Assembly (NCBI GenBank): GCA_950097015.1
Contig: CATNEN010000039.1
Location: 10,354,001 to 10,418,000, forward strand
DNA from: Macrostomum hystrix
Taxonomy: Eukaryota > Animalia > Platyhelminthes
Length of the DNA stretch: 64,000 nucleotides
Direction: 5' to 3'
The translations under genes and the position numbers were made by a program. Below, in pieces: positions 11,357 through 25,039 of this stretch; the stretch's first letter is position 1; each line of letters begins with the position of its first letter. Below the pieces are notes generated by a model that had not been told where the DNA came from, ran no database searches, and saw nothing but the letters and a program-made list of their open reading frames with translations.

Positions 11357-14300
11357 TCACACAAAAGTCACAGAGACCTTGTCTCCCTGCTGCCGCTGCT
11401 GCTGCCGTCTCAGCAGCCGCTTCCGTTCGTGCCGCGGCGCCCAGCGCCCGATGCACGACGCCAGATCGTCGTCCGTGGTGGCGCCGGCTCGCTCCTCGGC
11501 CAGCTGCTGGGCCCTCTCTCGCAGCAGACGGGCCCGCACGGGGCGTCTCGTGACGTAGCGGCTGCCGTCAGCTCGGCGCTTCACAACCCACTCCATGGCC
11601 GCCCCGGCTGCCTCTTGCTGCTGATGCTGCTGCTGCTGCTGCTGGTCATTCTGCTGATGTTGCTGATGCTGCTGCTGATGTTGCTGCGGTGGCTCTTCTT
11701 CAATTGTTTGACAGCGATGGAGCGGTGACTGCTGTTGAACAATCTTCGACGCCAGCTGCGGTTGTTGGGGTGCCGGTGGCAGCAGTGGCGGCGGAGGCGG
11801 TGGTGGCGGTGGCGGCGGAGGCGGCAGGCTGAGCAGGTTAGAGTTCGGATTCAGAGTCAGCTGAGGGCCGGCGCGAACTCGGGTGCCCATCTTCGGCACG
11901 TTTGGCCTCTGCTGATTGTGTGCCAGAGCTTGTAGCTGCTGCTGCTGCTGCTGCTGCAGCATCTGGGGCTGCTGCTGGAAGGAGGCAAGCAGCGCGGCTG
12001 CCAACTCTTCAACCTCCTGCTCTGAGCTTTGAGTACTGCTCACACCGGAATCCTGATGTGCCTCCTCCTCTTCATCTTCTTCCTCATCATCCTCGCCGGG
12101 CCCCATGCGACCCTCCTCCGCCTCGGCGGCGGACATTTCCAGCAGTTCCACGTGCAGGTCGTCCAGGCCGCTGCCGGCGCCTCCGCCAGGGATGCCGTAG
12201 CTGGCCGACGATGGCGGCGTGTCTGACAGGGCCAGCTGGACGGCGCGCGCAAGGAGCAGCGTGACGGAGGTCTCGGCGGAGCCGAACAATCTGACGGCTT
12301 GTTCGCGACTGCGCACCGCGGCGCCGTTGACACGGAGAATCTGGTCGCCTTCGCGAATTCGGCCACACTTGGCGGCAATGCTGTGCGGCTCTATCTGAGG
12401 TTGTAGGGTTGAAGGGTTGTAGGTTTAAAGAGTTGTAGGTCATAAGGGTTGTAGGTTTGAAGGGTTGAAGGGTTGCAGGATTGAAGGGTTGTAGGTTGTA
12501 AGGGTTGTAGGATTGAAGGGTTGTAGGATTGAAGGTTTGTAGGATTGAAGGGTTGTAGGTTTGAAGGGTTGAATGGTTGCAGGATTGAAGGGTTTTAGGA
12601 TTGAAGGGTTGTAGGATTGAAGGGTTGTAGGATTTGAGGGTTGTAGGTTGTAAGGGTTGTAGGATTGAAGGGTTGTAGGATTGAAGGTTTGTAGGATTGA
12701 AGGGTTGTAGGTTTGAAGGGTTGAATGGTTGCAGGATTGAAGGGTTTTAGGATTGAAGGGTTGTAGGATTGAAGGGTTGTAGGATTTAAGGGTTGTAGGA
12801 TTGAAGGGTTGTAGGATTGAAGGGTTGTAGGATTAAGGGTTGTAGGATTGAAGGGTTGTAGGATTGAAGGGTTGTAGGATTGACGGGTTGTAGGATTTGA
12901 GGGTTGTAGGTTGTAAGGGTTGTAGGATTGAAGGGTTGTAGGATTGAAGGTTTGTAGGATTGAAGGGTTGTAGGTTTGAAGGGTTGAATGGTTGCAGGAT
13001 TGAAGGGTTTTAGGATTGAAGGGTTGTAGGATTGAAGGGTTGTAGGATTTAAGGGTTGTAGGATTGAAGGGTTGTAGGATTGAAGGGTTGTAGGATTAAG
13101 GGTTGTAGGATTGAAGGGTTGTAGGATTGAAGGGTTGTAGGATTGACGGGTTGTAGGATTAAGGGTTGTAGGATTGATGGGTTGTAGGATTGAAGGGTTG
13201 TAGGATTGACGGGTTGTAGGATTGAAAGGTTGTAGGATTGAAGGGTTGTAGGATTGAAGGGTTGTAGGATTGAAGGGTTGTAGGATTGAAGGGTTGTAGG
13301 ATTGAAGGGTTGTAGGATTGAAGGGTTGTAGGATTGAAGGGTTGTAGGATTGAAGGGTTGTAGGATTGAAGGGTTGTAGGATTGAAGGGTTGTAGGATGA
13401 TTGAAGGGTTGTAGTATTGAAGAGTTGTAGGATCGAAGTGTTGTAGGATTGAAGGGTTGTAGGATGATTGAAGGGTTGTAGGATTGAAGGGTTGTAGGAT
13501 TGAAGGGTTGTAGGATGATTGAAGGGTTGTAGTATTGAAGAGTTGTAGGATCGAAGTGTTGTAGGATTGAAGGGTTGTAGGATGATTGAAGGGTTGTAGG
13601 ATTGAAGGGTTGTAGGATTGAAGGGTTGTAGGATTGAAGGGTTGTAGGATTGAAGGGTTGTAGGATTGAAGGGTTGTAGGATTGAAGGGTTGTAGGATGA
13701 TTGAAGGGTTGTAGGATGATTGAAGGGTTGAAGGATTGAAGGGTTGTAGGATTGAAGAGTTGTAGGATCGAAGGGTTGTAGGATTGAAGAGTTGTAGGAT
13801 CGAAGGGTTGTAGGTGCTAAAACGATGGGTGGCAAAATGCTCGACCCACCTCGCCGACAAACACGTCGGTGGCCAGATCCGGGCTCTCGCTATCGGCGCA
13901 GCTGTAGCACAATGTCAGGCCCAGCTTCTCGCGGGCGGAGCTTCGATTCAGGGTCACCTCCTGGCAGGAATTGAATGGGGGAAGGAATCAGTCATGCTGG
14001 TCCAGGCCAAATTGTGTTAGTGCGCATTGCACCGCATCGCTGTCACAAACAATGTTTACCAACAGTCCAAACGCCCAAGACTGAAGTTCAGTCAGCTGAT
14101 GTCAAGCCCCGAGACAACCACGCGGCTTCGAATACATTTCTGACATTTCACGGACTCTGTACCCATTCTATACCGATTTTAGCGTCCAAATCCCGAACCA
14201 AGAAATCCGAAAAATTCAGCAAGTAGAATACCAAGGCTGCCCCACATCCCAATGGACCGCAGGTGCGGCCCAGTCCATAGCGGCCCCCTAATCAGTTTTA

Positions 14301-15363
14301 TTCCTTTCACTTTCTCGGCTTGGGAGAAAAAAAATGAAGAGAATCTTCCTCATTCGCAGCCTATGTGGCGTCTTTATCTGGGACTCTGGGCCTTACCCTT
14401 CGTGCCCCTGCTCCCTCACCTGACATTTGATTGATGTCCAAGGCGCTTCCCATCCCGCAGCCTGTGCGCCGCAGTCGGCAAAGGAATTAGGCCGGTGGAA
14501 ATATCTCCCACTGGACCGAATCTCCCCATAGACACGGTAAGAAGTGCAACAGTTTTACCTTAACAAACTCTCCTCTCCTCCTCTTATCAGAATTTTCTCC
14601 TGCAAGAGCGCACAATCTACCTTGGCCGATCGGCAAAGTTCGGCATTTTTCCCATTTCCTCATTGCTTCATCAGGGAGAGTTATCAGAAAGTCTCAATTC
14701 TAAGCGTCTTTATTAAAACAAAAATTTACTGAATCTTTCAGTCACTGCGCAAATGTTCTGATGGGAAGAATCAGAGAATATATTAGTTCCCATCCTTCAG
14801 GGAGCTGCACTAACCTCATAGTCGAACTCGTCCACTGCGTTGTAAAAGTTGTCGTCGAAGGCAGAAGTGATGGCGCCGCACTCTAGATCGGTCAGCACAA
14901 GGTCCTGACTGCCCGATAGGCACAGTGGCTGCCGAGTTCCCGGGCGCTGCAGCTGGCTGCTGTGATCAGAATTCGATGAGGATTTAAATGAAATGGGATA
15001 GGCATTACCAGATTCCGTATGGGATTTTAGTGGGCACTCAGTTTAATTGGAGTAGCATTGCACTGGGACTCAATTTGGATTCTAGTGGGATTCGAGTGGG
15101 ATTCGAGTGGGATTCGAGTGGGATTCGAGTGGGATTCGAGTGGAATTCGAGTGGGATTCGAGTGGGATTCGAGTAGGATTCCTGCGGGATTTAAGTGGGA
15201 TCATGTAATGTTATTCGTAGCCAACTCACAATGTGCTGCCACCAGTGACTGAAGGCACGCTGATCTGACAGAAGCCCTGGTGCTGGAATGGACAGTCCCG
15301 CAGTCCCGCATGCAACGGCGGCTGCGGCTGCGGCGGCGTCGGCCCCATTGTGGGACATCGCCA

Positions 15364-15401
<38 letters not shown>

Positions 15402-17526
15402 TGCCAGAGCTGCTTCCACTGTCTGGAAAGCTGGGAGACACCCGAGAGCTAGAGCCACGCCTCTGCACAGGCGAGGCCTTCTTCGCGGCTGACGCTGACG
15501 TCGCCGACTGACAGGGCAGCGACGGCTGGGACTGATGAGGCGGCGGCGAATGTCGGCTGCTCTGAGCCGACGGAACCTGCGGCAGCGGCTTTGATGGTGG
15601 CGGTGGTATTCTCAACGGCGGCGCTGGCGGTTGCGGTGGCAGCTGCTGTGGCTGACGAACAACCTGGACAATGATCGGCTCACGGGCGCAGCGGAAAGCC
15701 TCGACGGCCTCCTCGTGTGTGGCGTTGCTTAGGTCCTGACCGTTGATCTGTATTTCAAAGTGGCGATTTGTCATACTCTAAGGGGACTCGAAGGGCTAGA
15801 GACTGGAGTGAACTTTTTGTCACTCTATGGTCACTCTGGAGGTCACTCTATAGAGTGGAGTGAACTGTGTGTCACTCTATAGTCACTCTAGAGACTCGAG
15901 TGAACTGTGGTTCACTCTATGTTCACTCTAGAGACCGAAGCGAAATTTGTGTCACTCTATGGTCACTCTAGAGTTCACTCAAGAGACTGGAGTAAACGTT
16001 GTGTCACTCTATGGTCACTCTAGTACAGGAGTGAACTGCGTGTCACTCTATGGTCACTCGAGTACAGGAGTGAACTGCGTGTCACTCTATGGTCACTCTA
16101 GTACAGGAGTGAACTGCGTGGCACTCTATGGTCACTCTATAGACTGGAGTAAACGGTGTGTCACTCTATGGTCACTCTAGTACAGGAGTGAACTGCGTGT
16201 CACTCTATAGTCACTTTAGAGACTCGAGTGAACTGTTTTTCACTCTATGGTCACTCTAGAGACCGAAGCGAAATTTGGGTCACTCTAGAGTTCACTCAAG
16301 AGACTGGAGTAAGCTTTGTTGTCGCAATTTATTCTCACTAACCCTTTATTTTCAACTCAAACTCATCTAACAAATGTAAATTCAATTAAAATTATATTCG
16401 TTACAATAGCACAGGCATCGCCTAGGTCAAGTATGGCGCGTGGAAGCTATGAGACACGGGTTTTGGAGGCAGATCACAATGAGAAACAAGCAGCAAAAGT
16501 GGAGAGCATTTGAGGAGCACAACAGCTATAGTGAACGAAACGGCGCGGCATTGCTTTGAAGAATGAATCCTAGGGCCAGCAGAGGGTCAGAGAGGGCGAG
16601 ATGAATGACCGACTGCAGCTGGCCCGCGTGTGTATTCAACAATTGTGCAAGCAAGTGTATTGCGTAACTATCGACTAGCCAAGCGAATTCTTTTGGCCCT
16701 CGCTCCCACCGCCCACCCACCCCCTCCCTCCCTCCCCCCTACGCAGCCGCCAAGAATGCAATTTTGTGGGAACTACCGGCGCCCGCCTTAGATCCCCATA
16801 TCGATTTTTGGCTAGTGTGTGGTCTAGCTAGATAGATTCTGTCCGCAGCTAGAGGGGAAATGGGCAGGTGCAGTTCCTGGTGTGGGTGAGGGTTGGGCGG
16901 GCATGAAGTTGCTACTGAGGTACAGTTCGCCCACCTGTGTACCTCGAGGCTGCAAGTCGACTATATACTGAACTGGCCAGTTATTACTATACTAAAATCG
17001 AGCTTGTTAAATCTAAGCGGGGCGAATGGTCTGTCCGGGAATATTAAATAGGGATTCAAACGCCAGGCCAGGCCGCGTGCGTGTATTTGCATAGCGGCTC
17101 AGGGGAGCGCCAGCGAAAAACAGCGGAGCGGAAAGGTAATTTTCTTGGCCGTAAAACTCGCAGAGAAAGAAAAATTGGCGGGGTACTTTCAGTGCGTAGT
17201 TTCTGGCTCTGGACGGGGCCAATGGCGTCTGGGTGGGGAGGAGACGGCGGTCTGATTCTAGTAGCCGACTGCGCACTTGCGTGTTTGTGGCCCATAGACA
17301 ATACGGAAATTGGTGCCCCGCCTGCACCAGACTAGCCCTGTCAAATGAGGGAGGGGAAGAAAATCCCCAAATTTTGGGATATTGTAGATTAGCTTTTTCT
17401 GGCAGAAAACAGGATATGTGGCCGTGTGGTGATTATCTATGGAAATTTCGAACCATAGATAGCGAAGTGTCACAGAAAGTTTTGACACTTTTACCAGCTG
17501 ACACGATTTACCAGCGGCAAATGCGG

Positions 17527-17583
<57 letters not shown>

Positions 17584-17584
17584 C

Positions 17585-17667
<83 letters not shown>

Positions 17668-17693
17668 CATCTATCTATCTATCTATCTATCTC

Positions 17694-17789
<96 letters not shown>

Positions 17790-20700
17790 ATATCCATCTA
17801 TCTATCTATCTATCCATCTATCTATCTATCTAATCTACTGAAAGATCTAGATTTTATTCTGTCTAAAGCGTTCGCTAGGATTGAGTTAATAAATAATGTA
17901 CATATTTTGGTCGTTAAGCACACAATGAGTAGGGCCACTTTATAGCGCACAGCGAGTGGGCATTTTTGATTCCCGGGTTATTGCGTAATCGGGAATCGAA
18001 GCGATGTAGGAGAGCAACCGTTGTGCGCCCCCTTAGCGATTGCAAAGTTTGCTCAGTTAGTTTTTCTGTGCCAAGGACTGCTCAAAGTGATGGGGACGCC
18101 CCATCCTGCTATGCATGGGCAGCGATCAATGACTCATCAGCCTGGCTGGCCGCGAATCCAATCCTCAATTCCAGTCTAGGGTTCAATGTTTCCTTTACGT
18201 GCTCCAGCTCCGGGTCTCCCCAATTTCGTTTCTTCATTATTTACTTGTATTCTCCCATATCTCTCTGTTTCTGTGCATATTTATCATAAAATACTATTTG
18301 TTTTCTTAAAATATTCTTCCTTGTGTATTGTCTATGCAAGCATATCTCCTCACTCTTATCTGCCCTCTCTCCTCTCCCATTCCCATCTCTCCTCTCCCAT
18401 TCCCATCTCTCCTCTCCCCTCTCTCCTCTTCCCTCTCGCCTCTCCCCTCTCGCCTCTCGCCTCTCACCTCTCCCAACTCGCCTCTCGCCTCTCACCTCTC
18501 CCAACTCGCCTCTCGCCTCTCCCATTCCCATCTCTCCTCTCCCCTCTCCCCTCTCCCTCTCGCCTCTCCCCTCTCGCCTCTCGCCTCTCCCCTCTCGCCT
18601 CTCGCCTCTCACCTCTCCTAACTCGCCTCTCGCCTCTCCCATTCCCATCTCTCCTCTCCCCTCTCCCCTCTCCCCTCTCACCTCTCCCCTCTCCCCTCTC
18701 CCTTCTCCCCTCTCCCTCTCGCCTCTCCCTCTCGCCTCTCCCCTTTCGCCTCTCCCCTCTCACCTCCCCCCTCTCACCTCCCCCCTCAAACCTCTCCCCT
18801 CTCACCTCTCACCTCTCACCTCCCCCCTCAAACCTCTCCCCTCTCATCTCTCCCCTCTCCCCTCTCCCCTCTCCCCTCTCGCCTCTCGCCTCTCTCCTCT
18901 CCCTCTCGCCTCTCCCTCTCGCCTCTCCCCTTTCGCCTCTCCCCTCTCACCTCTCCCCTCTCACCTCCCCCCTCAAACCCCCCCTCTCACCTCTCCCCTC
19001 TCCCCTCTCCCTATTTGCTCTCCCCTTCCCTTTTCTCCGATTCTCTGCCATTTCCACTCTCTTCAGTCTCCTCTCTCCTCTATAGTTTTCCGAGTCACTC
19101 AGTCTAAACTAAACAAGAACAATAGTCTAAATGTAAACAATTTGTTTCAGAACAATTTTCAATAAGAAAGTTCTCACCTTTAAGATTACAAAATCCATTT
19201 CTTTACAATGTCAAAATTAACAAACTGAACATTTAACTGATCAATGGAAGCAACAAAGAGTTGTCATAGCAACCCACGATTTCGATTATATTCGTTGTTT
19301 TTTTGCCCCCAGAGGGCCAATACGTCTTCGCCTGTTAATTGACTGACTATTTAGTTTAGTGACGATTTTTTTGCAATTTTTTGCCAAGCAAGTCATAGAT
19401 GATAGAAATCAGAAAGTTGAACAAAATGATTATCTGTGAAATTCAGTTCAACAGCAATGGGACTAGACTTTTAACAGCACGCGTCCATCGCGATGGAAAA
19501 CTTCAGAACCTCAAACCAGCATCAGCATTGCCATTGGTTGCGAGCCGTTGCTTGTTTTAGTGTTCGCGCAAAGTAAATTTTATTCGACAACGGGCAGCGA
19601 AATAAATTTTAATCTGTATCTTTACTTTCTACTGCCCGCAGTAGTCTGTTGCGAGTATGCTAGAATTATTTTAGCTGTAACTGAAAATAAAACTGTTGCT
19701 CTTTGAGAGAGAAAAATAGTTCAGCTGACTCAGCGACACCAGTGCGACTGCTCAAAGTGACTCACTCTTACCGCGTGGGCGAATTGCCAACTAAATTGAC
19801 AGCTCAAATAGAAAAAATGAAAATAAAAATTCATACTTTCAAATCGAATTGAAATAACTCAAATTGGGTAGTTTTATCTCGTAAAGAAAACAATAAATCG
19901 TTGTCCTATAAGCTTGCCCCTAGCAACTAAGATGAAGCATTCCAGAGCCCAGTTCAAATGCATCACACTGAATCGGCCCTGAGACGGCAGACCAATAGAT
20001 AGTTAAGTGCGGCTTGAGTCCCTACTCGATCTTGCCCGAGGGTCAGTGCCAGGGTTCCCTTGCCAAGCAGTTTGAGACTGACTCACTCCCCGCATGGGAG
20101 GAGACGGAAGGGCGTGTAAAGAATTCTCCCATCCCTCATTGCCTGCGCTTGAAATCCCAAACTAGTTGGTATGGCTTCGGGGATAAATCTCAGGGGAATA
20201 TTGGAAACGGCCAGAGGATCAGCTAAAAGATATAACTGAAAAAACACATTCGATGAGCCTTTAAAACAGCACGCATAGTTACAGAAGGCGCGATGACTCA
20301 ACCATTTTGAGCAGGAGTCCGACTCAGTCAAGGCCAACTATGGCCCCCGGTCTCTGGTTCATGGCCTCACTATTGCATTCTCAAGGCGAGTGTTTGCCCA
20401 CTGAGTAGAGTTTAGAGTGAGCTTCTTTTCAAAGTCAAAAATCCGTTGCTGGCAGAGGACTGGGACACGCCCTGTTTGCTACTTTTGATTGACAGCTAAC
20501 GCAGAGGATTAAAAAATGTACTCATGGAGCCGCCCCAAATCCCCAGGTGAGCTGACGCGCGGAATGCGTGAGTCGGACATTGGGGCGGGGCCGCCCGTTT
20601 TGTCCTTTTCAGACAGACTCAACTAAAGCGGCCACGTCTGCACGTGAAAGAAAAGTGTTGAGTAGTGATTGTTTCGTTTAACGGTTTTGTTTGGACGGGT

Positions 20701-23700
20701 TTTCAAGTTTTCAATTCCACTCCTCTCTCCCTCTCACATCTCCCTCCCCCTCTCCCCTATCTCCTCTCTCCTTTCGCTGTCTTCTCTCTACTCTCTACTC
20801 TCCCCTCTCTCCTCTCTCCTTTCGCTGTCTTCTCTCTACTCTCTACTCTCCCCTCTCTCCTCTCTCCTCTCCCATTTCTCCTCTCCCCTCTCCCATCTCA
20901 CCCCTCTCCTCTCTCCACTCCACTCTCCTCTCCCATTTCTCCTCTCCCCCTCCCATCTCACCCCTCTCCTCTCTCCCTCTCACATCTCCCTCCCCCCTCT
21001 CCCCTCTCTCCCCTCTCCTCTCTCATTTCTCCTCTCCCCTCTCCCATCTCACCCATCTCCTCTCTCCTCTCTCCTCTCCCCTCTCCTCTCCCATTTCTCC
21101 TCTCCCCTCTCCCATCTCACCCATCTCCTCTCTCATCTCCCCTCTCCTCTCCCATTTCTCCTTTGCCCTCTCCCATCTCACCTCTCTCCTCTCTCCTCTC
21201 CCCTCTCTCCTCTCTCCTCTCTCCTCTCCCCTCTCCCATCTCACCCCTCTCCTCTCTCCACTCCACTCTCCTCTCCCATTTCTCCTCTCCCCCTCCCATC
21301 TCACCCCTCTCCTCTCTCCCTCTCACATCTCCCTCCCCCCTCTCCCCTCTCTCCCCTCTCCTCTCTCATTTCTCCTCTCCCCTCTCCCATCTCACCCATC
21401 TCCTCTCTCCTCTCTCCTCTCCCCTCTCCTCTCCCATTTCTCCTCTCCCCTCTCCCATCTCACCCATCTCCTCTCTCATCTCCCCTCTCCTCTCCCATTT
21501 CTCCTTTGCCCTCTCCCCTCTCCCTCTCTCCTCTCTCCTCTCCCCTCTCTCCTCTCTCCTCTCTCCTCTCTCCTCTCTCCTCTCTCCTCTCTCCTCTCTA
21601 CTCTCCCCTCTCTCCTCTCTCCTCTCTCCTCTCTCCTCTCCCCTCTCCCCTCTCTCCTCTCCTCTAGTGATTGAGTTGTGATTTTTTCTTTTAACCGTGT
21701 TGTTCGGACAGGTTTTCAGGAGCTCGTTGAGGGCTAATTTCTGATGCACATTGTCGCATAATTCATTTAGCATTCTTTCACACAAGAAACTCGTTTAGCT
21801 TTTATTTTTTCTTCATCCCAGCTGCCCACTGTCCCTTCCTGCGGGTGTCATGTCAGCCAGCCCTGAATATATTTATGCGTTGTCAAGGAGAATGGGCCCC
21901 TCACGTCTCGCTTTTTTGTGAGGCCAGATGGTGAAATGGTATGTTAGCGGCATACTTTGACCTTCTTTCCCCCAGCTTATGGGCGGGGAGGAGAAACATC
22001 AAAGAAGCCGCCGCCGCCGCAGCAGCAGCAGCAGCCGCCAGGTCGTCCCCAAATACCCGTCCCCTCCTCCACTCGACCATCCGACCCCGGGACCTGAGAG
22101 ACAGGCCGGGAGAACAGGGAGTGAGGTGATCTTGGCTGAGGACCGAAGGGTCTTCCTGGGCTCTTCCTGATGACTTCACACGCCTGACAATTCCATCAGG
22201 ACTGTTTCTTCACCACACACATGCACACACTCTCTCTTTACAGCAGGTCTGTAGGCACCAGTGCCACTCATTGCCGCGATCTTTACTCGAACAAAAAATT
22301 GTCCGAAAGTCGTTAAAAAAATCTCGGAGAGGAAGTTATCTTTGCGGACTGTAATTAATTTTCGAAACGTCATAACCAGCAATTTGCAGGGGCTTTATAA
22401 ACACTGCACGGCCGTCAGGTAAACAGGGCGCAGGGCGCAGGGCGCCAGGTTTAGTGGTTCTTGATCTGCAAGTAACTGCTAATGATTCCGCCTCAATCAG
22501 TCATCAATTTTCGTCGATTCGCGTGTAAATAGAAGATGCAGCGGAATAGGGAGGTTGAGGAATAATATTGAAGTTGTCCCTAAACCTACTTGACTGATGA
22601 CATCTGGAATCCAGTGTCTGACTGTGCATCGACCTTCAAGCGGGGGTCCCTTCAAGATGGCCTCCCTTATACTGTTATCAAATTGTTCCAAGATGCGCAG
22701 CCAACAGCACAGCCGCAGCTAATGCGCGGCGCATCTGAAGGCTGCGTACGACTACTGTTCAGTCCATGGACTGGGGGGACGCCACACCCACCCTCAATTA
22801 CCCCAAATATTGTTGCAGTGAAGTTGGGAATCGAACCCCCGACCTTCGAGTCCTTTCGACACCTGAGATCTGTCAGGTGTCGGATAATAAACTCACAGGC
22901 ATGAGATCTGTCAGTGTGGGGTAATGAACTCACAGACATGAGATCTGTCAGGTGTGGGATAATGAACTCACAGACATGAGATCTGTCAGGTGTGGGATAA
23001 TGAACTCACAGACATGAGATCTGTCAGTGTGGGATAATGAACTCACAGACATGAGATCTGTCAGTGTGGGATAATGAACTCACAGACATGAGATCTGCCA
23101 GGTGTGGGATAATGAACTCACGCAAAACAGCAGGTCGCCTTGTCGTAATCCCGCCGTCCACGCGGGCGAGTCGCGGTCCACCTTGGCGATGAACACCAGA
23201 CCGAAGGTCGCTGCAGTCGCTTCTTCAACTGTGACCGGTTCCTGCAAGAATTATTATAAACTGGTGCGTGTCAAGAATGACTTACAAGCAATTATTGTCC
23301 GGTTTGCAGCTAAAGTACTTTCTCTCTGATCAAATCGGGGGAGAATGAAATGTTGACAGAGCTTTCATGCCTGACATGCTGACGACAGCTTCCGCTTCGC
23401 ATGTGACTGGCGAAAAGCACTTTAGCGATTAAAATTTGATACCTTCGATTAGAAAAAGTCGCGTTGTGCGTGAGCTGATCGGTCAGGAGTTTTTTGCAGC
23501 AACGATTTTTTTAGTTGAGCAGAAGTTTAAGCCATTGGACTAATCTCAAAGTGAGACTATAGTCGAGTGACTAGATCAAAGTGAGACTAAATGGTTGAGT
23601 GACTAGATCAAAGTGAGACTAAATGGTTGAGTGACTAGATCAAAGTGAGACTAAATGGTTGAGTGACTAGATCAAAGTGAGACTAAATGGTTGAGTGACT

Positions 23701-25039
23701 AGATCAAAGTGAGACTAAATGGTTGAGTGACTAGATCAAAGTGAGACTAAATGGTTGAGTGACTAGATCAAAGTGAGACTAAATGGTTGAGTGACTAGAT
23801 CAAAGTGAGACTAAATGGTTGAGTGACTAGATCAAAGTGAGACTAAATGGTTGAGTGACTAGATCAAAGTGAGACTATAGTCGAGTGACTAGATCAAAGT
23901 GAGACTAAATGGTTGAGTGACTAGATCAAAGTGAGACTAAATGGTTGAGTGACTAGATCAAAGTGAGACTAGATGGTTGAGTGACTAGATCAAAGTGAGA
24001 CTAAATGGTTGAGTGACTAGATCAAAGTGAGACTAAATGGTTGAGTGACTAGATCAAAGTGAGACTAAATGGTTGAGTGACTAGATCAAAGTGAGACTAA
24101 ATGGTTGAGTGACTAGATCAAAGTGAGACTATAGTCGAGTGACTAGATCAAAGTGAGACTATAGTCGAGTGACTAGATCAAAGTGAGACTATAGTCGAGT
24201 GACTAGATCAAAGTGAGACTATAGTCGAGTGACTAGATCAAAGTGAGACTAAATGGTTGAGTGACTAGATCAAAGTGAGACTATAGTCGAGTGACTAGAT
24301 CAAAGTGAGACTAAAGTCGAGTGACTAGATCAAAGTGAGACTATAGTCGAGTGACTAGATCAAAGTGAGACTATAGTCGAGTGACTAGATCAAAGTGAGA
24401 CTAAATGGTCGAGTGACGAGACCAAAGTGAGACTAAATCGTCGAGTGACTAGATCAAAGTGAGACTAAATGGTCGAGTGACTAGATCAAAGTAAGACTAA
24501 ATGGTTGAGTGACTAGACCAAAGTGAGACTAAATGGTCGAGTGACTAGATCAAAGTGAGACTAAATCGTCGAGTGACTAGATCAAAGTAAGACTAAATGG
24601 TTGAGTGACTAGACCAAAGTGAGACTAAATCGTCGAGTGACTAGATCAAAGTGAGACTATAGTCGAGTGACTAGATCAAAGTAAGACTAAATGGTTGAGT
24701 GACTAGACCAAAGTGAGACTAAATGGTCGAGTGACTAGATCAAAGTGAGACTATAGTCGAGTGACTAGATCAAAGTGAGACTAAATGGTTGAGTGACTAG
24801 ATCAAAGTGAGACTATAGTCGAGTGACTAGATCAAAGTGAGACTAGATGAATGAGACGCGAATAAAATTGATAATCAGCTCACTTGGCCATTTCTGCCAC
24901 CGGCAAGGGTAACGCCCCATTGAACGTTTGCGTCGTTTCGTCTCAGAATGAAAGTCCTCTGCCAGGCAGCACTGAGTCCTGACATTGCTGGTGGCGCCGC
25001 TGGCTCCGCCACGCCAGATTGCACTTTCGGACGAAAATT
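11357..25039 (-). CDS. PDZRN3/PDZRN4/PDZD4 (LNX3-5, Slip1)-type protein with two PDZ domains. Exons: 24884-25039, 23122-23241, 15230-15747, 14815-14959, 13850-13960, 11357-12394; candidate first exon 27571-27624
   Basis: GT-AG junctions keep the frame. PDZ1: [19 protein letters not shown]|..[24 protein letters not shown]|[18 protein letters not shown]2: YE|[24 protein letters not shown]|[24 protein letters not shown]. Family C-terminal motif [28 protein letters not shown]...TTDDD and PDZ-binding tail VSVTFV. Confidence 0.88.
12398..13815. repeat. 17-bp minisatellite (gaagggttgtaggatt-type) filling almost a whole intron of the PDZ gene
   Basis: Tandem periodicity between the acceptor at 12395 and the donor at 13849. 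Confidence 0.96.
15085..15182. repeat. 11-bp minisatellite (gggattcgagt)n, intronic
   Basis: Tandem periodicity. Confidence 0.9.
15795..16312. repeat. Degenerate ~39-bp minisatellite (ggagtgaactgcgtgtcactctatggtcactctagtaca), intronic
   Basis: Repeated gtcactctatggtcactcta units. Confidence 0.88.
17528..17838. repeat. (CTAT)n microsatellite
   Basis: Direct observation. Confidence 0.98.
18345..19082. repeat. Polypyrimidine low-complexity tract built from 7-mers (cctctcg/cctctcc/cctctca)
   Basis: Almost only C and T on the + strand. Confidence 0.93.
20718..21666. repeat. Polypyrimidine low-complexity tract with internal higher-order duplication
   Basis: Almost only C and T on the + strand; blocks of ~100-340 bp recur. 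Confidence 0.93.
22690..22850 (-). mobile_element. Fragment of a second SINE-like dispersed family; related copy at ~33638-33830
   Basis: gatgcgcagccaacagcacagccgcag...catctgaaggctgcgtacg..ctgttcagtccatggactggg..gacgccacacccaccc is shared by both sites; B-box-like ggttcgattccc on the minus strand near 22830. Confidence 0.6.
22862..23121. repeat. 37-38-bp minisatellite whose terminal unit supplies the 5' splice site of PDZ-gene exon 23122-23241
   Basis: Unit catgagatctgtcaggtgtgggataatgaactcacaga, ~7 copies; its reverse complement contains GTGAGT. Confidence 0.9.
23545..24848. repeat. 30/32-bp minisatellite (gagtgactagatcaaagtgagactaaatggtt and gagtgactagatcaaagtgagactatagtc), intronic
   Basis: Tandem periodicity with two interspersed unit variants. 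Confidence 0.96.

Noticed and set aside
12786-13860. Long repetitive ORFs ([16 protein letters not shown]; also the SPL-, GTIV-, FPAT-, YSILF- and VDNP-repeat ORFs elsewhere)
   Set aside because: They are translations of stop-free tandem repeats, open in several frames and mostly inside introns of real genes.
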